This document shows, piece after piece, positions 52,358 through 61,692 of a stretch of DNA of 64,000 nt (the stretch's first letter is position 1; each line of letters begins with the position of its first letter). The position numbers and the translations under genes are program-made. The DNA comes from an uncultured delta proteobacterium (GTDB taxonomy: Bacteria > Myxococcota > Myxococcia > Myxococcales > Myxococcaceae). Where the stretch lies: positions 1,888,001 to 1,952,000 of the forward strand of contig CAWCKH010000004.1 in assembly GCA_963796055.1 (NCBI GenBank), in the 5' to 3' direction. The notes below the pieces were generated by a model that saw only the letters and a list, made by a program, of their open reading frames with translations, was not told where the DNA came from and made no database searches.

Positions 52358-53971
52358 TCACCGGTCCACGGGGTGAGCAGCCCCGGGGATCATCCGTTTC
52401 AGGCCCTCCAGCGTGTCCGCCTCGCTGGCCGGCTTGTCGGTCCGCCAGCGGGCAATGCGGGGAAAGCGCACCGCGACCCCGGACTTGTGTCGTGTGGACC
52501 GGGCAATCCCCTCGAAGTGCAGCTCGAAGACCTGGCTCGGCTCGACCGCCCGCACTGGCCCGAAGCGCTGCAGGGTGTGCGAGCGCACCCACCCGTCGAG
52601 CGTGCGGATCTCCGCGTCGCTCAGCCCGGAGTACGCCTTGGCCACCGGAACCAGCGTCCCCTCGTTCCAGACCGCGAAGGTGTAGTCGGTGAAGAGGTTG
52701 GCCCGGCGCCCATTGCCGGGGTGGGCGTAGAGCAGCACCGCGTCCACCTGGAAGGGGTCGATCTTCCACTTCCACCAGTCCCCGCGGCGGCGGCCGGTGC
52801 GGTACGGCGAGTCGAGGCGCTTGAGCATCAGCCCCTCCACCTTCCGCTCGCGGGCCTCGCGGCGGCGCCCGGCGAGCGCCTCCCAGCTCGGCTCGGCGAG
52901 CACCTCGGAGACGAAGAAGCGGCGGTGCCGTCCGGCGAGCAACGCCTCGAGCCGCGCGCGGCGCTCGGACAGGGGCAGCTCGCGCAGGTCCCGCCCCTCC
53001 TCCTCGAGCAGGTCGTAGGCCATGAAGGCCGCCGGCGCCCGGGCGAGAATCTTCGGGGTCAAGGTCTGCCGCCCGATGCGCGTCTGGAGCAGGGCGAACG
53101 GCAGTGGACGGTCCTCGCCGTAGGCCAGCACCTCGCCGTCGAGCACCGTGCCCTCGGGGAGGGTCTGGCCGGCCTCGACCACCTCGGGGAAGCGCTCGGT
53201 GATCAGCTCCTCGCCCCGCGACCAGAGGAACACCTTGCCCGCGCGCCGGATGAGCTGGCCGCGGATGCCGTCCCACTTCCACTCGGCCTGCCAGGCGGTG
53301 CGGTCGCCCAGCGACTCCGGCACCTCCTCGAGCGGCGAGGCGAGAAAGAAGGGGTAGGGCCGCGAGGCGTCGTCGGTGACGTGCTCGCGGGCGAGGATAC
53401 GCTCCAGGAACTCGGCCGTCGGCGTCCAGTCGCCCATCGTCCGCTGGGCGAGGAGCGCCGGGGGGAGCCCCGCCACCTCGGCCAGCGCGCGCAGGACGAG
53501 GGTGGCCGAGACCCCGACCCGGAGCTCCCCGGTCAGCAGCTTGTTGAGGAGGAACAGCTCGCGCCGGTCGAGCGTGCTCCACCAGCCGGTCACCCGGGCC
53601 CGCTGCTCCTCGGGGTCGAGCCCGCGCAGGGGAAGGATGCGCTGCTCCATCCACTCCGACAGCGGGGTCTCGTCGGGATGGGTGACCCGCGTGCCGTCTT
53701 CGAGCAGCAGCGCGATGCACTCGGCCAGGTCGCCCACCACCGCGTAGCTCTCGCCGAAGAGCCAGTCCGGCGTCCCGGTGAGCTCGAGCGTCCACCCCAC
53801 CAGCGCCCGCGTCCCCAGGAGCCGCTTCGGCCGCCGCCCGGTGAGGAACCACAGCGCCCAGGCCGCGTCGCGGGGAGGCGCCTCGCGGAAGTACCGGGCC
53901 ATCGCGTCCACCTTGGCCAGGGTGGAGGTGGTCGAGTCGAGCGCCTCGTACAGGTCGGCGAAGCGCTTCAC
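52358..53971 (-). CDS. ATP-dependent DNA ligase (ligase-associated DNA damage response type)
   Basis: PYPFFLA, EWKWDGIR, LDGE, EGLMLK, WWKWK, HKSGVAVRFPRI; GTG 53971. Confidence 0.93.
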   Translation of the reverse strand: MKRFADLYEALDSTTSTLAKVDAMARYFREAPPRDAAWALWFLTGRRPKRLLGTRALVGWTLELTGTPDWLFGESYAVVGDLAECIALLLEDGTRVTHPDETPLSEWMEQRILPLRGLDPEEQRARVTGWWSTLDRRELFLLNKLLTGELRVGVSATLVLRALAEVAGLPPALLAQRTMGDWTPTAEFLERILAREHVTDDASRPYPFFLASPLEEVPESLGDRTAWQAEWKWDGIRGQLIRRAGKVFLWSRGEELITERFPEVVEAGQTLPEGTVLDGEVLAYGEDRPLPFALLQTRIGRQTLTPKILARAPAAFMAYDLLEEEGRDLRELPLSERRARLEALLAGRHRRFFVSEVLAEPSWEALAGRRREARERKVEGLMLKRLDSPYRTGRRRGDWWKWKIDPFQVDAVLLYAHPGNGRRANLFTDYTFAVWNEGTLVPVAKAYSGLSDAEIRTLDGWVRSHTLQRFGPVRAVEPSQVFELHFEGIARSTRHKSGVAVRFPRIARWRTDKPASEADTLEGLKRMIPGAAHPVDR

Positions 53972-56259
53972 GGGGAAAAGACCAGCGGCCGGCCCACCGC
54001 GGGCGCGTGCAGCCGGGTGCGTTGCCCGTCCAGGTCGCCCTCCAGCCAGTCCCGCTGCTGGTCGGTACGGTGGGGGCTGCCGACGTGGCTCGAGGTGCCC
54101 AGCGGCAGCACCAGGGTGGTGCCCTCGGGGTCCGCGAGGTCGACCACCAGGCGCATGCTCTGCCCGAACTGCGGCGTGGCCACGCGGACGCATCGATCGC
54201 ATCCGGAGAGCGGCGGCGCGGGCGGGTTGAAGATCCAGCCGAGGACGCCCCCGGAGCGGCCGAAGGGGTGCTTCACCGCCAGCCGGTTCTCCTCGCCCCA
54301 GGCGGGTCCATCGAGCCGGACGTCGCCCACCGCGGCGCCGAGGACCGCGTCGCGATCGCCGAGGCCCGCCTTCCTCCATGACTCTGCCGGGGCGCGGACG
54401 CCGGCGAGCAAGGTCGGGTCGCTGTTGTACCAGCCGAGCTGCGCGGGGGTGAGGGTGGAGCCCTTCAGGGCGGCGGCGGCGATCGCCTCGTAGGCACGCC
54501 TTCTCACCTCCTCGGCGGCCCGGAACAGGCGCGAGTCGGCGCTGGCCCGGCCGTCCCAGCCGGCCAGGGCCTTCGCCAGCTCCGGGCGGAGCAAGGGGGC
54601 GAGCCGCTCCACCACCTCGCGATGGACGATGCCCACGGTGTCCAGCTGCATCGCCCGGATGGAGCGCACATCGTGCCCTTCGCCCGCGACCAGGGCGCTG
54701 ATGCGACGGGCCCGGGTCGGCGATGCCCAGGAGGAGGGCCAGCGGAGGCCGCTGGCCGTGCCGATGAGGCGCTGGTTGGCGGTGACCACCCGGCCGGAGG
54801 ATGGGTCGAGCACCCGCGGCATCTGCGCCGGCGGCAGGTAGCCGGACCAGTCCTTCCCGGTGCCCACCCCGTCGCGCGGCAGGCGTCCGTCGTCACCCGG
54901 GGCACGGAGCGGAAGAACTCCGGCCGCCCGCCAGCCGATGTGTCCATCCACGTCCGCGTAGAGAACGTTCTGGCCCGGACCGAGGAAGTCGTCGGCGGCG
55001 GCGTTGAAGCTCGCCCAGTCGGTGGCGAGATTCAGCTTCCGGACCGGCAGCCGGAGCGTCGAGGCGTCGAGCGCCGCCCAGTGCAGCGCGAGGCCCGGGC
55101 GCACCATGGGCCCGTGCCGGCCAATCGAGACCTCGAGCGTCTCGGTGGGCCCGCCCTTCACCTCGATCCGCTCCACCCGCCGGTCCACGGCGGGCTCGCG
55201 GTAGAGGTCCTGGACGTCGGTTCCGGTGTTGGTGAAGCCGATGGCCAGCCGGTCGTTCTGGAAGACCACCACCCCGGGCAGTCCGGGCAGGCTCACGCCC
55301 TGCACCCACCGCTGCACCCTGCCGTCGGTCCCGAGCAGCTCGATGCGCAGCGGGTACCAGGTGCCCGGCGCGGTGAACCCGAGGTGCATGTCGTCCGCCA
55401 GGATGGGCTTGCCGCGTGCGGTGTGGGCGCCGGAGATGACCCAGCCGTTGCTGCCCACCTCGGGTGGAGTCGCCCACCCGGACGGTTGCAGCGGCACGCC
55501 CAGCACCTCCAGCGGCTTGGGCCGGGGAGGGAGCGAGACCGGCGCGGGTGACGGCGCCCCGCGGGTGAGCAGGGCCGCGGTGCTCGGTGCCGGTCGGGGC
55601 TCGGCATCGGGGATGACCAGCACGTCGTCGGTGCTGACGTCGGGAAGCAGGAAGCTGCGGCGCTCGGAGGGGAGCGCAGCCAGCGCCTCGGCCGTCAGCT
55701 CGTTCTCCCAGCTCTCCGAGAGCTGCTGGTGCATGAGGAGCAGGACCCGGATGGAGTCGGCCGCGGTCCAGGGCCGAGGCTCGAGCGCGAGGAGCTGGAA
55801 CTCGAGTCCCCAGTGCCCCGGGCGCGCGCCGATGAAGGCGTTGATGCCGTCGGCGAGCGCCTGGGCATCCTCCCGCTCCTCGGGCGGGAGGCGTCGCACC
55901 GCCTCCTCGGCCAGCGGGGCAAATCCGTAGACGCGCTGCCGACGGTCGAGCGGGAGCGCGGCAGAGCCCACCAGGGCCGAGACCTCGCCCCCCGCGACGC
56001 GCCGGGCGAGCTCCATCTGGAACAGCCGATCGCGTGCCTGGAGAAAGCCCTCGACCCGGAGGGCGTCGGCCACCGAGCAGGCCCTCACCGTCGGAATGCC
56101 CCGGGCGTCGAAGGTGACCTCCACCCGCGCCCCGAGGCCGGGAATCCGCGGGGTGCTCCCGTCCGGCAGCTGCCCGCGGACGTCGATGATGGCGACCACC
56201 GCGGCGATGACCAGCAGCGCCAGGACCAGGACGCCGGTGCGTCGGGCCCAGGTCCTCAT
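53968..56259 (-). CDS. Penicillin acylase family Ntn-hydrolase
   Basis: N-terminal anchor, DRLFQMEL.RR, GSNGW catalytic Ser, DMHL, NVLYADVDGHIG, TANQ. Confidence 0.9.
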   Translation of the reverse strand: MRTWARRTGVLVLALLVIAAVVAIIDVRGQLPDGSTPRIPGLGARVEVTFDARGIPTVRACSVADALRVEGFLQARDRLFQMELARRVAGGEVSALVGSAALPLDRRQRVYGFAPLAEEAVRRLPPEEREDAQALADGINAFIGARPGHWGLEFQLLALEPRPWTAADSIRVLLLMHQQLSESWENELTAEALAALPSERRSFLLPDVSTDDVLVIPDAEPRPAPSTAALLTRGAPSPAPVSLPPRPKPLEVLGVPLQPSGWATPPEVGSNGWVISGAHTARGKPILADDMHLGFTAPGTWYPLRIELLGTDGRVQRWVQGVSLPGLPGVVVFQNDRLAIGFTNTGTDVQDLYREPAVDRRVERIEVKGGPTETLEVSIGRHGPMVRPGLALHWAALDASTLRLPVRKLNLATDWASFNAAADDFLGPGQNVLYADVDGHIGWRAAGVLPLRAPGDDGRLPRDGVGTGKDWSGYLPPAQMPRVLDPSSGRVVTANQRLIGTASGLRWPSSWASPTRARRISALVAGEGHDVRSIRAMQLDTVGIVHREVVERLAPLLRPELAKALAGWDGRASADSRLFRAAEEVRRRAYEAIAAAALKGSTLTPAQLGWYNSDPTLLAGVRAPAESWRKAGLGDRDAVLGAAVGDVRLDGPAWGEENRLAVKHPFGRSGGVLGWIFNPPAPPLSGCDRCVRVATPQFGQSMRLVVDLADPEGTTLVLPLGTSSHVGSPHRTDQQRDWLEGDLDGQRTRLHAPAVGRPLVFSP

Positions 56260-57275
56260 CGGCCGTTCTCCCCGCTCACCGCCTCCTCCTGGTCCCGCCC
56301 GTAGGGGGTCTCCAGCGCCTCGGCCTCCAGGCCCAGCTCGCGCAGCCGGTGGGCGAGCGGTACCGCGTACCCGTGCGTGACCAGCACCCGGCGGGCGCCG
56401 GTCTCGCGGATGGTGTCAAGCAGCGCCGGCCAGTCGGCGTGGTCGGAGAGGGCGAAACCGCGGTCCACGCTGCGGCGCCGCCGCTCGCCGCGCACCCGCA
56501 TGAAGCCGCTCACCAGGGCGACCGCGGCGTCGCCGAAGCGCCGCATCCACCGCGTGCCCCGGGCGGTGATGGGCGCGAGCACCAGCTCGCCGGCGAAGTC
56601 CTTCCCCTTGGCGGTGTCCGCCACCGGGGTCCACGGGAGCAGCCGCACCCCGGCCTCACGGTAGACGTCGCACATCCCGGCGATGGCCCCATGGGCGAAG
56701 ACCCGCCGGTCGGTGCGGCGCGCGAGCTCGGCCAGGAGCCGCTGGGACTTCCCCAGCACGTGACAGAACACCAGCGAGGCCCGGCCCGCCTCACGGTTCG
56801 TCTCCCACCAGCCCAGCAGATCCTCGATGACCGAGTCGGGGGGTTCCCAGCGAAAGACGGGGAGCCCGAAGGTGGCCTCGGTGAGGAAGACGTCGGCGCG
56901 CAGCGCCTCGAACGGGGCGCAGGTCGGATCCGGCGCGCGCTTGTAGTCGCCGCTCACCACCCAGACCTCGCCATCCGCCTCGATGCGGAGCTGCGCCGAG
57001 CCGAGCACGTGCCCGGCGGGATGGAACGAGAGCTGGACGTCTCCCACGCTGTGCCGCTCGCCGTAGTGCCAGGCCTCGATGACGGTTCCGGGGAGCCGGT
57101 GTCGCACGATGGGCAATCCAGGCTCGGCGCACAGGTAGGCGGCGCTCCCTTCGCGGGCGTGGTCGGCGTGGGCGTGGGTCAGCACCGCGCGCGGCACCGG
57201 CGCCCACGGGTCGACGTGAAATCCTCCCCGGGCGCAGTACAGCCCCTGCGGGGTCATGGTGAGGAGCTCGGCCAT
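56256..57275 (-). CDS. Ligase-associated DNA damage response exonuclease (MBL/beta-CASP)
   Basis: GLYC..GGFHVDPW, THAHADHA, AGHVLGSAQ, SGDYK, TEATFGLP, LSDHADW, VTHG. Confidence 0.92.
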   Translation of the reverse strand: MAELLTMTPQGLYCARGGFHVDPWAPVPRAVLTHAHADHAREGSAAYLCAEPGLPIVRHRLPGTVIEAWHYGERHSVGDVQLSFHPAGHVLGSAQLRIEADGEVWVVSGDYKRAPDPTCAPFEALRADVFLTEATFGLPVFRWEPPDSVIEDLLGWWETNREAGRASLVFCHVLGKSQRLLAELARRTDRRVFAHGAIAGMCDVYREAGVRLLPWTPVADTAKGKDFAGELVLAPITARGTRWMRRFGDAAVALVSGFMRVRGERRRRSVDRGFALSDHADWPALLDTIRETGARRVLVTHGYAVPLAHRLRELGLEAEALETPYGRDQEEAVSGENGR

Positions 57276-57294
57276 CGCCAGGGACCGAGGCGTT

Positions 57295-58437
57295 CTAGCC
57301 GGGTGGGGCAGCGGTGCGCACGGGCCCCCTCGCCCGCGGAGGCGAGAACTCGACGACCACCAGCAGCAGCCCCAGCACGCCCCAGGGTCGGAAGGCCAGG
57401 AGGCGCTCGGTCGCGGTCCGGTCGAGAAGCCCCGAGGTGAGCAGGCTGGTGAGCACCACCGCCGCGAGCACGGCGCGCGAGAAGCCGTCGCCGGCGCGGG
57501 AGTCGGCGACCAGGCGGCGCACCGCGGGCAGGGCGAGGACGAAGTTGGCACGCCAGGCGAGCGGCGAGGACATCGCCACCGCCAGGGTGCTCATCCGGAA
57601 GGTGGCTCCGGCGTCGTCCCGCACCACCAGCACCAGCGCGGCGAAGAACAGCGCCGCCGAGAGCTGGGCCAGCCAGAGCGCGTCGGGGCTCGGCGGTGTC
57701 CCGAGCCAGCCGGCGACGTCGAGGATGAGGGTGGGGAGGCCCTGGGGGTTCGGCCCGGTCACCCAGGCGACGGTGCTCCGCTCCACCAGACCCCGCCAGG
57801 CGGCGAGCTCGGCGGCGAACGCTTGCGGGCCCACCCGGGCGGCGAACAGCGCGCAGGCGAGCAGCACCACCCCCCCGGCGGCGGCGATCGCCCGCAAGCG
57901 CCGGCGAGCGACGAAGAACAGCCCGGCGATGACGGCCGGGGGCTTGGTGAGCACCGCCAGCCCCAGCGCCACCCCGCCGCCGTCGCGGGTCTGGACCGCC
58001 GCCGCAGCCAGCACCAGCAGCCCGAGGAGCCACAGGTCCACCTGCCCGTAGAAGAGGACGGTGGAGATCGGACCGGCCAGGGCCAGCGCCGCCCAGCTCC
58101 CGTCGGTGTTCCGGGAGCCGGGATCGACGCGGGGAAGCCGCGCCAGGGCGAGCAGGAGGAAGAGCACCGAGCCCAGGTTCCACAGCACCGCGCCCACCGA
58201 GCGGGAGAGCAGCGCCCAGGGGGCCAGGAGCAGCGCCGCCGGCGGGGCGTACTTGAAGGGCATGGGCCCGTCCGCTGCCTGGTACAGCGAGGTGCCGGCG
58301 AGCCAGCGCGCGCCCGCGGTGCGGAAGACGGTGAAGTCGATGCATCGCCGAGGGTTGAGCGCGAACGCGAGCCCGAGGCCGAGGAAGAGCAGGCCCACCG
58401 CCCAGCGCAGCCGCTCGCCCCTGGCCGCGGTGCTCAT
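57295..58437 (-). CDS. Glycosyltransferase family 87 (DUF2029) membrane protein
   Basis: DFTVF, PFKYAPP, YGQVD, K in TM, SPLAW; multi-TM. Confidence 0.8.
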   Translation of the reverse strand: MSTAARGERLRWAVGLLFLGLGLAFALNPRRCIDFTVFRTAGARWLAGTSLYQAADGPMPFKYAPPAALLLAPWALLSRSVGAVLWNLGSVLFLLLALARLPRVDPGSRNTDGSWAALALAGPISTVLFYGQVDLWLLGLLVLAAAAVQTRDGGGVALGLAVLTKPPAVIAGLFFVARRRLRAIAAAGGVVLLACALFAARVGPQAFAAELAAWRGLVERSTVAWVTGPNPQGLPTLILDVAGWLGTPPSPDALWLAQLSAALFFAALVLVVRDDAGATFRMSTLAVAMSSPLAWRANFVLALPAVRRLVADSRAGDGFSRAVLAAVVLTSLLTSGLLDRTATERLLAFRPWGVLGLLLVVVEFSPPRARGPVRTAAPPG

Positions 58438-58554
58438 CGGTGCCTCGCGCGACCGCCGGAGTTGGCCTGGCTGCCCACCGCCTGCTTGCTATCGCGGATC
58501 GGCGCTCCCCGCCCACGGAGATCCGCCCGGCCGCGTGCTAGCGTCCCCGGCACC

Positions 58555-59019
58555 GTGATCTGGTGGATGTGGCTCGTGGTCGGCGTGGGTCTGCTCATCT
58601 TCGAGCTCGTCACCCCTGGCGGGTTCTTCGCGGTGTTCTTCGGCGTCGCCGCGGTCCTCGTCGGTCTGCTGACCGCGGTGCACCTGGCGGGTCCCGACTG
58701 GCTGCAGTGGCTGCTGTTCAGCGCCTTCTCGGTGGCGGGGGTGTTCCTCCTCCGGAGGCCGGTGATGCAGCGGCTCGGCGTCGCTCCGCCCGCGCTCCCG
58801 GGCGAGGAGATGCGAGGAGAGTGGGCCCTGGTCACCGAGGAGGTTCGTCCCGGTGAGGTGGGGAAGGTGGAGCTGCGCGGGACCTCCTGGAGCGCCCGCG
58901 CGAACCGGACCGTGCATGTGGGTGAGCGTCTGCCGGTGGATCGCATCGAGGGATTGACGGTGTGGCTCGGCGGAACCGAGAGCCGCGGCGGCTGGACGCC
59001 CGGCGGAGGAAGCACATGA
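58555..59019 (+). CDS. NfeD family protein
   Basis: W-rich TM N-terminus, GKVELRGTSWSA OB-fold; upstream of SPFH gene. Confidence 0.88.
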   Translation: MIWWMWLVVGVGLLIFELVTPGGFFAVFFGVAAVLVGLLTAVHLAGPDWLQWLLFSAFSVAGVFLLRRPVMQRLGVAPPALPGEEMRGEWALVTEEVRPGEVGKVELRGTSWSARANRTVHVGERLPVDRIEGLTVWLGGTESRGGWTPGGGST

Positions 59020-59969
59020 CGGAAGCATTGCTGGTCGTTGTTGTCTTCGTGGCCATCCTGGTGGTGGTCATCCTGTTCAAGACTGCGGTGATCGTGCAGG
59101 CGCAGAACGCCTACGTGGTGGAGCGTTTCGGCCGCTTCAGCGGGGTGCTCGAGGCCGGCTTCCACATCCTGGTGCCCTTCGCCGATGCCATCCGGTACCG
59201 CCACACCTTGAAGGAGCAGGCGATCGACATCCCCGAGCAGATCTGCATCACCAAGGACAACGTGCAGGTGGGGGTGGACGGCATTCTCTACATGAAGGTG
59301 ATGGACCCCCGCCGGGCCTCCTACGGCATCACCAACTACCTCTTCGCCATCATCCAGCTGGCCCAGACCAACCTGCGCAGCGAGGTGGGGAAGATCGACC
59401 TCGACAAGACCTTCGAGGAGCGCACCCACATCAACGGGCAGGTGGTGAGCGAAGTCGACAAGGCCTCCGAGGCGTGGGGGGTGAAGGTCCTCCGCTACGA
59501 AATCAAGAACATCACCCCGCCCCGCGACATCATCGCCGCGATGGAGAAGCAGATGCGCGCCGAGCGGGAGAAGCGCGCCACGGTGCTCCAGTCCGAGGGC
59601 GAGCGCGACGCGGCGATCAACTCCGCCGAGGGCCAGAAGCAGCTGGTCATCAAGCAGTCCGAGGCCAAGAAGCAGCAGCAGATCAACGAGGCCGAGGGTC
59701 AGGCCTCGGCCATCCTCGCCGTGGCGCGCGCCACCGCCGAGGGCATCCGGGCGGTGGCCGAGTCCATCAACTCCAGCGGCGGCTTCGAGGCGGTGCAGCT
59801 GCGGGTGGCCGAGCAGTACATCAACGAGTTCGGCAAGCTGGCCAAGTCGGCCAACACCCTGGTGGTCCCCTCGAACCTCAGCGACGTGGGGGCGATGATC
59901 GGCCTGGCGATGAGCGCCATCCGCCCCAAGGTGGAACCGTCGAAGGGTCCGCTCGCCCCCCCGCGTTGA
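59016..59969 (+). CDS. SPFH/stomatin-like (paraslipin) protein
   Basis: VVERFG, ITKDNV, LAQTNLRSEVG, QMRAEREKRA. Confidence 0.93.
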   Translation: MTEALLVVVVFVAILVVVILFKTAVIVQAQNAYVVERFGRFSGVLEAGFHILVPFADAIRYRHTLKEQAIDIPEQICITKDNVQVGVDGILYMKVMDPRRASYGITNYLFAIIQLAQTNLRSEVGKIDLDKTFEERTHINGQVVSEVDKASEAWGVKVLRYEIKNITPPRDIIAAMEKQMRAEREKRATVLQSEGERDAAINSAEGQKQLVIKQSEAKKQQQINEAEGQASAILAVARATAEGIRAVAESINSSGGFEAVQLRVAEQYINEFGKLAKSANTLVVPSNLSDVGAMIGLAMSAIRPKVEPSKGPLAPPR

Positions 59970-59973
59970 CGTT

Positions 59974-60321
59974 TCAGCCGCAGCGTGCGGCGACGGCGAG
60001 CACGGCGGCCACCAGCGACGGACCGCCGAGGACCACCAGGGCCACCCAGGCCAGGCGGCGTCTGCGCCGGACACCGACCGGATCCGGAGTGTCCGCCTCG
60101 TCGGGCACCGCGGTGGGGGCAGGCCGGAGCAGGTGGAGCGCGGCCGCCTCCTGCCCCTCCGGGACGAGCAGCCGGACCTCGACGTAGGGGCCGAGCATCC
60201 CGAGCAGCGACCGGTGGTGCCCACCCTGGATGACGCAGGGAACGCCGTGCGCCTCCAGGACGCCCTTGTAGGTCGCCGCCTCCTCGACCGAGCCGCAGCT
60301 CAGCAGCGGGACCAGGCTCAC
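59974..60321 (-). CDS. DUF2007-like protein with C-terminal TM
   Basis: EAATYKGVLEAHGVPC...VRLLVPE..AAA. Confidence 0.65.
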   Translation of the reverse strand: MSLVPLLSCGSVEEAATYKGVLEAHGVPCVIQGGHHRSLLGMLGPYVEVRLLVPEGQEAAALHLLRPAPTAVPDEADTPDPVGVRRRRRLAWVALVVLGGPSLVAAVLAVAARCG

Positions 60322-60392
60322 CGGGTGCTCTCCTCCAAGGAGCAGCGTGTATAACGCCCGTCCTTCGAGCCTCGGAACGGAGCGGCATCAGC

Positions 60393-61655
60393 GTGCCTCA
60401 TGGACCCGTGGTGGTGGTGGGAGCTGGGCTGGCCGGACTGGCCTGCGCCCGGGCGCTCGTCCAGGCGGGGGTGGCCGTTCAGGTGCTGGAAGCGAGCGAT
60501 CGCCCGGGTGGGCGCGTGCGCACCGAGCAGGTGGACGGGTTCCGCATCAATCGCGGCTTCCAGGTCCTCCTGACGGCGTACCCCGAGGCCCGTCGGGTGC
60601 TGGATCTGAAAGCGCTCCAGCTCCGCCGCTTCGCCCCCGGGGCGCAGGTCTTCCGCGGGGGAAAGCTCCACACGCTGTCCGACCCATTCCGGCGCCCGCT
60701 GGACGTCGCCCGCACCGCGGTCGCGCCGCTCGGCTCCTTCTGGGACAAGGTCCGCGTTCTGCGCCTCCGCGCCCATGCAGGCTCCGGCTCGCTGGAGGAG
60801 CTCTTCGCCCGGCCGCACGAGTCCACCCACGACCGGCTCCGCCGGCTCGAGTTCAGCCAGGAGTTCGTGGACGGCTTCCTCCGTCCGTTCCTCGGCGCGG
60901 TGTTCCTGGAGCACGAGCTCGCCACCTCCAGCCGGAAGCTCGAGTTCGTCACCCGGATGGTCGCCCATGGCGAGGTGGCGGTCCCGGCGATGGGCATGGA
61001 GGAGGTCCCGGCCCAGCTCGCCCGCGGCCTCCCGCCGGGCACGCTGCGCACCGGTACACCGGTGGCCCGGGTCCACCCCCAGGCGGTGGAGCTGGAGTCG
61101 GGCGGCCGGATCGACGCCGCGGCGGTGGTGGTCGCCACCGACGGGGTGACCGCGTCCCGGCTGGTCCCGGCCTTCACCGCGCCGCACACGGTGGGCGTGA
61201 CCGCGTTCTCCTTCGAGGCGGCCGAGCCTCCGGCGCGGGGACCGTGGTTGCTGCTCGACGGTGATGGCCATGGCCCGGTGAACCACGCCGCGGTCATGAC
61301 CGAGGTCGCGCCGGAGTACGCCCCGCCGGGCAAGGCGCTGGTGTCGGCGTCGGTGCTGGGTGCACACCCCGACGTCGCCGCGCTCGAGCTCCGGGTGCGG
61401 GCCCAGCTCAGGACCTGGTTCGGGGCAGCCGTGGACGGCTGGCGGCTGCTCCGCGCCGAGGTGGTGCACGAGGCGCTCCCCGCCGAGCCCCCCTCGGCGC
61501 TCGAGCCCGCGCAGCGACCGGTCCGCACCCCGACCGGGATCACCGTCTGCGGCGACCACCGCGACAACGCCAGCATCGACGGCGCGCTCACCTCGGGACG
61601 GCGGGCGGCCGAGTCGGTCCTGTCGCATCTCGGCGTCTCGCCCCGTTCCGGCTGA
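60393..61655 (+). CDS. FAD-dependent oxidoreductase (amine oxidase family)
   Basis: VVGAGLAGL, EASDRPGGRV, RGFQV, CGDH..ASIDGAL.SGRRAA. Confidence 0.88.
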   Translation: MPHGPVVVVGAGLAGLACARALVQAGVAVQVLEASDRPGGRVRTEQVDGFRINRGFQVLLTAYPEARRVLDLKALQLRRFAPGAQVFRGGKLHTLSDPFRRPLDVARTAVAPLGSFWDKVRVLRLRAHAGSGSLEELFARPHESTHDRLRRLEFSQEFVDGFLRPFLGAVFLEHELATSSRKLEFVTRMVAHGEVAVPAMGMEEVPAQLARGLPPGTLRTGTPVARVHPQAVELESGGRIDAAAVVVATDGVTASRLVPAFTAPHTVGVTAFSFEAAEPPARGPWLLLDGDGHGPVNHAAVMTEVAPEYAPPGKALVSASVLGAHPDVAALELRVRAQLRTWFGAAVDGWRLLRAEVVHEALPAEPPSALEPAQRPVRTPTGITVCGDHRDNASIDGALTSGRRAAESVLSHLGVSPRSG

Positions 61656-61692
61656 CCCGCGGGGCGCCCGAGGTGCTAAGCGGGGCGGCCCG

